NCBI RefSeq assembly: GCF_023055435.1
Contig: NW_025964001.1
Location: 39,804,001-39,868,000 of the forward strand
Reading direction: 5' to 3'
Length of the DNA: 64,000 bases
Source: Haliotis rufescens
Taxonomy: Eukaryota
Numbering within the stretch: position 1 is the first letter of the stretch; the number at the start of each line of letters is the position of its first letter. The notes under the pieces are model-generated. The model did not search any database and was not told the DNA's origin. It saw only the letters and a list, made by a program, of their open reading frames with translations. A program made the position numbers and the translations under genes. Positions 26,506 to 37,269 of the stretch are shown piece after piece.

Positions 26506-26844
26506 GCGTGGGGGGGGGGGGGGATCTCCAGGGACAGAAGCATCACTGGGTGGGACGTGGGTGGAGGCAGCAATCCGCAGACAGACGTCGTTAACTTGAC
26601 TTCACCCAAGGGAGGGAGTTGCATATAAAATAGATGGGGGTTAACATAGAAAGAGGCATAAAGGGAACCGGATGAATAAACGTCTATGCTTAGTTAAATT
26701 TGTAAAAAAAAACCCAACAATTTATGGATAAAAATACAAAGCTAAAACACATGACGTCTGTTTTGCTGTGAGGAACGTGACAATGCACGTAGACAAGCGT
26801 ATTACATAATTATCTGTTAACCATTTGGAATCTGGGACCGAATA

Positions 26845-27047
26845 GGTTTGTTTGTTTTGTTTTTTTTGTTTTACGCCGCACTCAACAATATCCACCTATA
26901 TGACGGTGGTCTGTAATTAGACAATCAAGTGATTGATATCATGAGCATCGATCTATGTAATTGGCATACGCTGACATTCATCAATCGCGTCACCGAGCCT
27001 GACCACCCGAATCTCGAAGACCAATGCCAACCCGGATCTTCACGGGT
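26845..27047 (-). mobile_element. Family C copy with deletions
   Basis: (tttg)n tail, gagcctgaccacccga, head cccggatcttcacgggt. Confidence 0.85.
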
Positions 27048-27148
27048 GGTTTTAGTTGTAGTCGATACAGAGGTTGCCATGAAGTTTTGTTATGGTGGAC
27101 ATGTCAGCTGCTATAATAAAACATATATTCCCTCCCTCCCTCCCTCCT

Positions 27149-27340
27149 GAGCGAGTGAGTTGGGCTTTAACGCCACTATGAACAGTATTTTACTTTTTTT
27201 CACGGCGTGTCAGCTTTTCAGGGAGTAAAAGTGATCCAGAGCAGGGTCATAGAGCTGACTAACAAAAATCACAATCAAGGCGATTTTGGATTCGAACCCA
27301 TGAACACCGGATCCTGGTGCCCTACTCCACTTGGCTCCCG
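27149..27340 (-). mobile_element. SINE relic (family B-like tail, tRNA box B remnant)
   Basis: gagtgagttgggctttaacgcc...cacggcgtgtcagctt...ggattcgaaccc. Confidence 0.6.
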
Positions 27341-27604
27341 TTATACACATACACACACACACGGAGGCGCGCCATGATAATGCTAAATGCGGCATAAACA
27401 TGTATTCACTCACTATATTTCTATATTGAAGAAAGGAAGGAACAGTACCGCCAGAAAATATAATCTATAATTCTTAAGGAAGAAAAGATTTCAAACGGAA
27501 GCTCCTTGTAATAATACTGCTTGCCATACCACATGTACCGCCACCGCCACCCCCACACGCTCGTACACCAACCCCTCTCCCCCACCCCATCACATTCACC
27601 ACAC

Positions 27605-27770
27605 TTCTACCCCCCCCCCCCCCCCCATCACCCCCCTCCACACACACACACACACACTAACACACACACACACACAAACACACACACAAACACACACACT
27701 AACACACACACTAACACATACTAACACTAACACCAACACTAACACAATAACACACAACACACACACACGT
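27605..27770. repeat. Poly-C and (CA)n-derived microsatellite
   Basis: Visible low-complexity run. Confidence 0.9.
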
Positions 27771-29407
27771 GTCCAGTAAAATAGCCTAGCCCTTCAATTA
27801 TATATAACTGTAAAAACAACAACGGGACAAATACAACAATGGGGTTAAATAGGGGTTAAACTGGGGTTACACTGCGTAGGTAGCAACTTTAACTCCAAGT
27901 TTTCAGTTTGCCTCAAGTCTAACCTTCCTGCGCTTCCAAGTTCGTCAGCGCCCCCTTGTGGCCAATATCGGCTACTGGATACTGAACACGCTGTGTCTAC
28001 TTGCCACGAAAAAATAATGAAGGACAAGTCTTGAATCCCGGTTGACCGCAAAAAACTAGTTAGTGTTGATTACACTTGGACACGGATGGGAAATAGAAAT
28101 TCCGCACCGAGTTGATTAGCCGAGAGATTTGGCTGACGAATCACGGCGGGGCCGACTCCCGGCCTGGTCAAGGAAGCGGCATGGAAGTGAAAAGTGTCTT
28201 AATCAACCGTCTTACTTGGTAACCTGAATGAAACCACGAGGCCACGTTTGCAAGGGCTCCTTTCGCCGTGTTCTTTTTTTTATTAACAAACTGCTAGAGA
28301 AAAGAAATTGAAGTTGGTCTGGTAGCAAAGTTAATTACTTATTTGCAGACCAAGGCAATCCCTAGGTATTTGTTTCGTGAGACCCCGGTTTCGAGGTTTC
28401 TTAAAGGACAATCCCCCCGGCCCACAATGCAGTGCTGTGAAATCAGGTTTCCGGTGGGAGAGCTAAGACAGGGGATTTCTTTCCCTAATCCGACTACAAC
28501 TCACCAATGGCCTCAAATGTGACCTGAAAGACCAATAGCCCTTTTTAAAAGCCTCCAAATGTAGATTTCTTTTTTAGATTACGGGTTTGTCATCAATTTA
28601 TTATGGCCGTCAATACCAGCGTGGGATCACCCATACAAAGAATGTTCCAAAAGTACATTTTACTTTCAAAACTATCTTTGCTTTAAGTTTCGTAACTGTG
28701 TTTTGTAGAAATCCCCCGCGCCGGGCAATGCAATGAAGAAAACTGATAATCGAGTGTGGTCGAAGGTGCGGTCGTCCTTTGGAGAAGTCAGCTGTTATTG
28801 GTCCTAGCCACAAAAGTGGTAGATTTACTTTGCAATTTAAAGATGTTGCCGTCTTGATGTCACGGAGGATTATAAAAAAACACATGTAACTTGATAGAAT
28901 GGTAGTAATTTGTCACAGACAGTTCAATACAGTGTATGTTGTGGCCATAGAATGTTGGTAAAAGTTGTTTCTAAATCTGGACATAAGTGAATTGCGACGG
29001 GAAAACATCATTTTGTGTCTGTGTGATGCCTGTTGTCGCTGTGAGGAGTTTCGAGATAATATCTTCAAATCCCCTGATAGTCTCACCTTTTCGCGATCAC
29101 TTGGTATCATCGCTATTTGATAGGGCTTCATTAAAAATTCATGCTTTAGATATAGTCGGAGTCGTACAATGTACTCTGCTTTTAGTAGAGAACAGTGATA
29201 CCAGTATATTATAGGCTATTTCGGCTTCGGTGAGTTTTTCGAAGAAATATTTGATAAAACATTAAACTTTTAGCAGAGATTTCTTATGATTATGGAAAAC
29301 GGTTTTGTCGCTTTTAATGAAAAGTTACACACGTGTGAGTCGATCAAAGCTCAGAGAGTAAAAGTGTGACTTAATGTGTGTTTGAGTGACGTAGTGTATG
29401 AGACGCA

Positions 29408-29443
<36 letters not shown>

Positions 29444-29497
29444 CAGTATGTGTGTTAGTTTGAAGTAATGTGTTTAAATGTTAGTTCGTGTGTGCCA

Positions 29498-29990
29498 GTG
29501 TGACGTAATATCTGTGTATTTCAATGTGATGTCATGTATGTGTCAATGTGACGTAATGCATGTGACATTATGACCTAACGTCTGTTAAAGTGTTACGTAA
29601 TATCTGTGTATTTCAATGTGATGTCATGTATGTGTCAATGTGACGTAATGCATGTGACATTATGACCTAACGTCTGTTAAAGTGTGACGTAATATGTGTG
29701 TATTTCAATGTGATGTCATGTATGTGTCAATGTGACGTAATGCATGTGGCAGTATGACCTAAAATCTGTTAAAGTGTGACGTAATATGTGTGTATTTCAA
29801 TGTGATGTCATATATGTGTCAATGTGACGTAATGCATGTGACATTATGAACTAAAGTCTGTTAAAGTGTGACGTAATATGTGTGTATTTCAATGTGATGT
29901 CATGTAAGTGTCAATGTGACGTAATGCATGTGACATTATGACGTAAAGTCTGTTAAAGTGTGACGTAATACGTGTGTCAGTGTGACGTTC
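29498..29990. repeat. 92-bp tandem repeat (about 5 copies) built from four ~23-bp subunits
   Basis: Period 92 (tcaatgtgatgtc at 29521, 29613, 29705); subunits gtgtgacgtaatatgtgtgtcaa-like; follows (TG)n at about 29409-29441. Confidence 0.95.
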
Positions 29991-30678
29991 ACTGAGTGGT
30001 ACAATGTGACGTCATAATGTTCATACAATTGAGTTTGAGTGTACTTTGTATGATTGTGTGTATTATTGATGTTGAAAGTATCTATATCAGTATACGAGTG
30101 TGGAGGAGGTTGTATGAGGAAGCATTGCTGGCGGCTGGGTGTGCACATACTATGTTTTAATGGTAATACTCTGTTGAAGGGTACGTAACTGTGTGTGAAT
30201 TGATCGCAATGGATTGTACCCCCGTCTGTACGTCGATGTAGAGATTTAACACATGTGAATTCACAGCAAGTAAAGAACAACGATTAGCTACATGGAAACA
30301 ATGAATAAATATATAAATGATTGACCACGGCATAATGTGAGTGGTAATTGGGCTGTGTAATTATGTACCGTGCATAACGATTATGCAGATCAAACCTCCA
30401 TGCTATGTGATCGCATGGTACATGTTCCACTGACTGAATTTAAACACGCTTACAGCCACCCTTCCTGTTTAATTCAGCAGTGTTGACGTCAAGATATTGG
30501 CAGTCGGCACGTCGCTCTGAAGCCCAGAAACGTGGACGAGCGGCACGCCTCCTTGTAGATGAGAAACATACCACCGACTGCTTCAGCAACTTTTAATCAG
30601 TACTTGACCATGGGAATCATGTTAAAAACAAGGACAGCTTCCGACACGGGAGTTGATACTGCGGTCAGTTGTAACATC

Positions 30679-30683
30679 AATAA

Positions 30684-30751
<68 letters not shown>

Positions 30752-30768
30752 ATAATAATAATAATAAT
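30679..30768. repeat. (ACT)n(AAT)n compound microsatellite
   Basis: Direct read of the sequence. Confidence 0.98.
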
Positions 30769-31083
30769 CCAGGCCAACAAACCTGATCCTTTTCGATAAA
30801 TCAAATGAAATATTTTATGTCATTGATTTTTCTGTCCCTTTTGACACTAATGTGATTGACAAGATCCAGGAAAAACATGGCAAATATGCGGACTTCGCTT
30901 TCGAAATGTCACACTTGCATCCCAAGTACCAAGTTGTCCGACTCCCCATTGTTCTCGGTGCCCGGGTTTGCTGCCATGAATACAGCCCTTCTGACAATCT
31001 GGGCAATGCTGGGGAGTCTTCACATTCTCCGAAAAGTTCTCGCAATCTCATTTTACCGGGTACTGCTGGGTGAACAGAACTAA
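30767..31083 (+). mobile_element. 5'-truncated R4/Dong-clade non-LTR retrotransposon; restriction-like endonuclease (RLE) fragment
   Basis: With frameshifts reads IQANKPD.LFDKSNEIFYVIDFSVPFDTNVIDKIQEKHGKYADFAFEM...VRLPIVLGA...MLGSLHILRKVL, the PD-x-D...K..KY RLE signature plus the typical R4 C-terminus. Confidence 0.85.
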
Positions 31084-31169
31084 TTTCGTACAAAGTCACT
31101 TGCCTGACCAAGTGTACCGCTAGCTGTGCGATCTGGCAACTCTGCTACCTACAAGAACCTTCTCTTCCT

Positions 31170-31437
31170 GTTTGTTTGTTTATTCATTGTTTAACGCTGC
31201 ACTCAGCAATATTCCAACTATATGACGGCGGTCTGTAAAAAATCAAGACTGGACTAGACAATCCAGTGATTGACATCATGAGCATCGATCTGCGCAATTT
31301 GGATACGATGATATGCATCAACCAAGTCAGCGAGCCTGACCACCCGATCCCGTTAGTCGCCTTTTACGACAAACATAGTCGCCTTTTACGGCAACCATGG
31401 GTTGCTGAAGACCTATTCTACCCCGGATCTTTACGGG
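31170..31437 (-). mobile_element. Family C, full length
   Basis: Reverse complement of the C consensus, with duplicated hairpin module; further C fragments at about 31615-31770 and 31870-31935. Confidence 0.92.
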
Positions 31438-32180
31438 CCACTAATGTTTTATTGGAATGACGAAAGATCACATAGGCATTATAAGTGGTAGGTATGTTTT
31501 ATTGACTGACCCCTATAGGAATCATAAATAGCACTGATGTTTTATTGGTGATGAAGAGGGACCCCATAGGAATTATTAATAGTAGTTATGTTTTATTAGG
31601 GTGAATGAGTGAAAACTTAACGTCGCATACGATGACAAGCATCAAGCCAAGTCAACGAGCCTGAAAACCGGATCCTGCTGGTCGTCTCTTACGACAGGTA
31701 TATATATAGTCGCCTCTTACGATAAGCTTACGTTTGCTGAATATTCTCACCAAATGTTTCCTTGGGCTAGTTACAAACCCTGAAGGCAATATAAATAGTA
31801 GTGAATATAGATACTATCTAGATATTATATAGAGTAGTGATGTTTTATTAGGGATGAAGATAGATCCCATAGTCGCCTTTTTAACGACAAGAATTGGTTG
31901 CTGAAGACCTATTCTACCCCGGATCTTCACGGGTCTCTTTTCCTGTATTGGGGTTAGCGACTGTTAAATTAACAGATCTCGTTTACTTAAATTTATAAAA
32001 CAGCTAGTGAAAATAATAGAGTATCACTGCAACAGAATACCCGCTTTCTGCTTTTAAAATGCATGAAGAAGTGAATATGACTTGATATGAACACCTGGTG
32101 TTATCACTATTTGATAACGAACTACAGACACATGTGTAACTGATATTGTCGGAAACGTACAATGGACTGTTTTTTACAGA

Positions 32181-32464
32181 GTGAGTGAGTGAGTGAGTTG
32201 GGTTTAACGCCGCTTCTAACAGTATTCCAGTCATATCACGGCGTGTCAGCTTAATGTGGGAGGAAAGCCCGAAGTGATGCAGGTCTCAGACGTTTACCAC
32301 TTCGCTGAAACCCACGAGCACGGGTATGGTGCTGACAAACCTAGAAACATAATCGGGGCGAACCGAGATTCGAACCCACAATCATAGGTTTCTGGCGTGC
32401 CCAAGGGACGCACCTCTGCACAGCGAATCGCGGCGCCTTAGACGACTGGGCCACCCGTGCCCCC
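32181..32464 (-). mobile_element. SINE family B, full-length young copy
   Basis: Intact head ggggcacgggtggcccagtcgtctaaggcg, box B ggttcgaatc, (actc)n tail; TSD tg(t/c)tttt(t/g)acaga at 32168-32180 / 32465-32477. Confidence 0.93.
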
Positions 32465-32810
32465 TGCTTTTGACAGATATTTCTTGTGGTTATGGAAATG
32501 TTTTTGTGACTTGTTTTGTTTATCCCAGACACATCAAAGTACGTGACACTAAGACGTGCTTCACACGGTGTCCATACACCCGATGTCTGGAGCGAGTGCA
32601 TTAACCACAAGGCTATCCAGCTGACCCTTTTTTTCAAAATGAAGTGACGGGGGAAATAATTGTGAAACCAACACGATATTCTTTTTACAAAACTGAAGTG
32701 TGTCCCTCCCAGTAGTTGATGCTACGTCACCAAAGCAGGAGATAAATATATGTTTTTCGACTCCCGAGTGATATTGAGTATTAGATACTAGGGGACTTCA
32801 TTTTGAATAG

Positions 32811-32812
<2 letters not shown>

Positions 32813-32875
<63 letters not shown>
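32813..32875. repeat. (TA)n microsatellite
   Basis: Direct read of the sequence. Confidence 0.99.
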
Positions 32876-32877
<2 letters not shown>

Positions 32878-33824
32878 AGAAATGTATTCATATGCGGTAA
32901 AAAGGTAGAAATATTTCCGCGGTCAGATCACTTTACACTAATGACATATCAATCATCAGTCACAATGACTATAGTTTTGAGACGTTCATTATTTTCCTTC
33001 GTGTGACGTCAATGATGTCTAGGTCACAAAACATGTTTTACTAAAATATTTAATCACATTTCGGTATATTAACTCAGAACGTAAGCTCTTTCTAAGCCTA
33101 ATTTCCTATATTAATGATTAAATCCAATAACTATTCATTAAGATTTAATAATGGGTGGTGAATGAGGACAGAGACGTGAATTATGCAGGGTCATTTTGCG
33201 CTAGTTATTTACCCATGTGCCCCACAGATGGGGGTATACAGGCTGGCATTGACAGAATGGTAATTACCTGTCATTCACTCTCATTAGGGGGCGGCTGGGG
33301 ATGGGGGTTGGGGGGTAATGGACAAACTGTCCAAAACAGGAATGGAGAACTCCGATTCTTCGCTCAAGTGTAACAAGCCCATCATGGCACTGTGGACGTT
33401 GCAATTTGGCGAAAAAAAGTCGGTGGCCAAAAGAGTTGATTGCCTGGGGATTAGAACCAATCAATAGTAAGTAAATACTTGTGATTACCCTTCAAGCGGT
33501 TAGGGAGGGTGCGCTCGGGGACGCTTGGGGCTTCCGGTCGAATAAAACATGACCCATTCGGAACATATCGGAAGAGACAAGTGACACACCGTGGTGCTGA
33601 TTGTCATGTTGGGCAACAGTGTTGATGGCTATCGGGGGCTTGTAGATAGACAACAACAGGGTTTGATCTCGCGTCGGTGGAGTCACTTACCGAATTTGAC
33701 ACATTAATTCCGCAATAAAACACCGTGAGTGATTGGAGGGAACCGAGAGTGGGTCAGTTTGATGGAAGTTCTCATTTAGGCCTTAGTCACCATCAGCCTA
33801 CACGAGATGAAGTGTCCAGAAATA

Positions 33825-34530
33825 GCGCTTATTGCAGCATAACTGTTGTCTTGCCGACTTGTTGCGGTTATTGCAGAAGAACTGTTATCTTGCCAACCAA
33901 TTGCGTTTATTGCAGCAGAAATGGTGTCCAATTGTTGCGCTTATTGGGATAGATGTCTTTTCTCCTGGTTATATTGGCGTTGAAAAGTGCAACTGGTTGC
34001 GCCGATTGCATAGGAACTAGTGTGCTTAATAACATCAACACGTGTGCTTATTTTCACAGGAACTATTGTGTTTATTGTTTTGGAACTATTGCGCTTATTG
34101 CATAGGAACTATTGTGTATATTGCTTGGAAATAATTGTGTATATTGCATGGAAACTGGTGTGTTTATCGCATAGAAACTATTGTGTTTTGTGCATAGAAA
34201 CTATTGTGTATAGTGCATGGAAACTATTGAGTATAGTGCATGGAAACTATTGAGTATAGTGCATGGAAACTATTGTGTATATGCATGGAAACTATTGTGT
34301 TTTGTGCATGGAAACTATTGTGTATAGTGCATGGAAACTATTGTGTATAGCGCATGGAAACTATTGAGTATTACTGCATGGAAATTATTGTGCATATTGC
34401 ATGAATATATCGTGTTTATTGCATGAACACCTTTGTGCATATTGCATGGAAATTGTTGTGCAAATTGCATAACGAATATTGTGCACATTGCATAACAACT
34501 ATCGTGATTGTAAAATTGGAACTATTGTAC
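33825..34530. repeat. Degenerate minisatellite, 23-bp core unit
   Basis: Unit gcatggaaactattgtgtatagt, preceded by related ~39-bp degenerate units. Confidence 0.9.
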
Positions 34531-35167
34531 ATTTCCAACTGGTGGGCTTATATGGTTAGAAATATATTTTCTAATAGCTGTTCTGCAAAAGAAAATTGAA
34601 ACGTGTTAGGGTTGCAGACAGACAGAGAGACAGACATCCATTCATACACTATTGCAGTGGGGTATGCTGGTTATAACCTAGCCTTCAGCATTCATAAGTT
34701 TTAAACAAGTTTGTTTTATGAGAGCTGTTGTGCTCCAAACAGGGATTTAACGTGATGAAGTAGAACGTCATTGGTACCGGAAACCATTGACTGTGTTTGG
34801 CATATTCTGTAGAATCACTACTTGGAAGACACAGCGGCAGTGTGTGTTCATTCTTCTTCCTGAAAGTGGTTTATAAAGGCTTATGAACCTACTGGAAGCG
34901 CATTTTAAAGATCCCAATCGTCAGTCGTGCATTGGAAATAATTTATCTATTCATGTCGACGTTTGTGTATAATAATTATGAATAATTTGCTCAAAACATA
35001 GAACTTCTCGCAAGAGCTAGACTCCATAATTCTCCAAGGTTAATCTTCAGTCGCTAATTAAGCCCTGGAAAAACATTATACCCTAAAATGTTTTTAACGC
35101 TGGGTCATTAAGCTTAACATTCGCATTTGGAAGGAGCGACCTCTTCATTTTCTCAAAAGACGTTAAG

Positions 35168-35331
35168 TGAGTGAGTGAGTATGGTTTTACGCCGCTTTTA
35201 GCAATATTCCAGCAATATCACGGCGGGGGACACCAGAAATGGGCTTCACACATTGTACCCATGTCGGGAATCGAACCCGGGTCTTCGGCGTGACGAGCGA
35301 ACGCTTTAACCACTAGGCTACCCGACCGCCC
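35168..35331 (-). mobile_element. SINE family A, full-length young copy
   Basis: Perfect 16-bp TSD ctcaaaagacgttaag at 35152-35167 / 35332-35347; box A tagcctagtgg, box B ggttcgattcc; (actc)n tail. Confidence 0.96.
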
Positions 35332-35384
35332 CTCAAAAGACGTTAAGGGCCATCCGATTCTTTCACATTATTATAGTTAAGCAA

Positions 35385-35640
35385 CGCGTGAAGATCCGGG
35401 GTAGAATAGGTCTTCAGCAACCAATGCTTGCCGTAAAAGGCGACTATGCTTGTCGTAAGAGGCGACTTACCTGATCGGGTGGTCAGGCTCGTTGAGTGAT
35501 ACATGTCATCGCATCCCAATTCCGTAGATCGATGCTCATGATATCAATCACTGGATTGTCTGTTCCAGACTCGATTATTTACAGACCGCCGTCATATAGC
35601 TGGAATATTGCTGAGTGCGGCGTCAAACAACAAACAAACA
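35385..35640 (+). mobile_element. Family C, full length
   Basis: gtgaagatccggggtagaataggtcttcagcaacc...gctgagtgcggcgtcaaac(aaac)n. Confidence 0.93.
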
Positions 35641-35665
35641 GACATACATTTATACAATATTGTCG

Positions 35666-35970
35666 GGTGAGGCGGAATGGGGTTTAAAGTCGCATTGAAG
35701 CTTATTGCACTTATACGCATGCGCATGTGTGTGTGTGGCTGCTTGTACTAGTCCGGACAAATACCGATTTATAGTGCTAGCCCACTGAGATACCATGCCT
35801 CCGTTTAACATGAATACCCCACTCAGAGACAGTATTGTGACTCCGAGCTGACCAGTCCTTGTTTTAGCCCCTAATGCCGAGCGCCAGACAGAATAACAAC
35901 CATTGAGTACTATATTTTTTAAGGCTCTATCCGGACAGACGCTCTATCCTTTATGACACAGAGGTGGTCT
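35666..35970 (-). mobile_element. SINE family D with variant head; arm of the second head-to-head pair
   Basis: D tail and body; head cataaaggatagagcg as in 4958-5310; box B region deleted. Confidence 0.87.
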
Positions 35971-36062
35971 TCATTGTTACACGTTATACTTCATAAACAT
36001 CATGTGGCACATATGTATGTCATCAACGAATATAATAATAAAGCAAAGCGCTCCATATACTA

Positions 36063-36183
36063 ACGAGCGTCTCCGTGGTCTAGTGGTAGAGCGTCTGCCC
36101 GGAGAGCGATACGGAAGGGCCGGGGTTCGATCTCGTGTCATACCAAAATACGTTAAAAGGAGGAAATGTTTTTACCCTGCCTA
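36063..36183 (+). mobile_element. SINE family D, head only; other arm of the second pair
   Basis: cgtctccgtggtctagtggtagagcg...ggggttcgatc...taccctgcct. Confidence 0.85.
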
Positions 36184-37269
36184 ACAATATGAAAGAATCG
36201 TGTCCTTAACTTCTTTTAAGTAGTATATCATGAAAACTTACAACCAAGCCCATCGTCTGGTCACGCCATCTACTACACAGGTTTTTCCCATGGAACCAGA
36301 TCCTAATATGACAACGGAGTCTTTTATGCGACTCTTAAAGAGTGTTATATGAACTAAACTGTGTTGTAACGACCTTTTGATTCGAGGGTGATCTGATTCT
36401 GGATGGAAATGAGCTTCCTGGCGAAATAGCCTGCTATCCCATATTGTTTTCCACCAGCTTATACATCATCCTCAACCTCCATGTCACAACTGCCAGAGCG
36501 CGGGAGGCGGATCTCGCCGCCAGTCCGTCAAGCCGTAGTCTTAATTATAACCGACTGGTCACCAAAGCATCAAAGTTCTTTTCGTTTTTTTCAGCTCTTT
36601 GTTTTAGGAACCAGAGAGGATTTCAGTGCAAGAACCATTTCCCTTTTCTTTGAATCTACAAATAGACGTCAAAGCAATTGTTTCACAAATACATTTAAAG
36701 GCACAAGAGCCGGTACTGTGTTATGGAATACATGCGGTCACCGCTCCCTGACAAGACATAGGATCGGCTAAAACTGAGGACATTTCGTATATAAATACTT
36801 ATATCAAATAAAGACACATGATTACATTCACAATAATGAGATGACTGGGGTTTCCTTTTATAAAGAGACGGTTTTTGATGACTAGGATAGAATGATACTT
36901 ACGTACACAAGAAGATGTGAGTGGTTCTTGTGTAGTTTAAATACCGCGTCTACAAAAAAAGTGATGATGACCCCAGATGTCACCACTGACTGTGACTAGG
37001 CACAGGGTGCTATTTCTACGCTTCAAGGGTATTCTCTACACTTTACGTTAGTTAAAACATGTGTCAAATCTAAATCTGGGCTAGTCCAATTACGTGTTCC
37101 CTGGGAGTCTTACATCAAAGAATCAACTCAATGCCTTGTCATTAAAAAAGCTTTGTTGTTGCAGAATCCTGGCAATAACCGCATGGATTGCTGATTGACA
37201 GAACATCTTCACGTGGATCGTGACGTCATCACAGGAAGATGACCATCGGCTTGTATCGATCCCTGTCAC

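Noticed and set aside
26476-26523. Poly-Gly/poly-Pro ORFs
   Set aside because: Homopolymer G run; such runs are frequent in this window
35260-35331. SINE heads as functional tRNA genes
   Set aside because: No intact acceptor stem or cloverleaf; fused to a body and tail and flanked by TSDs
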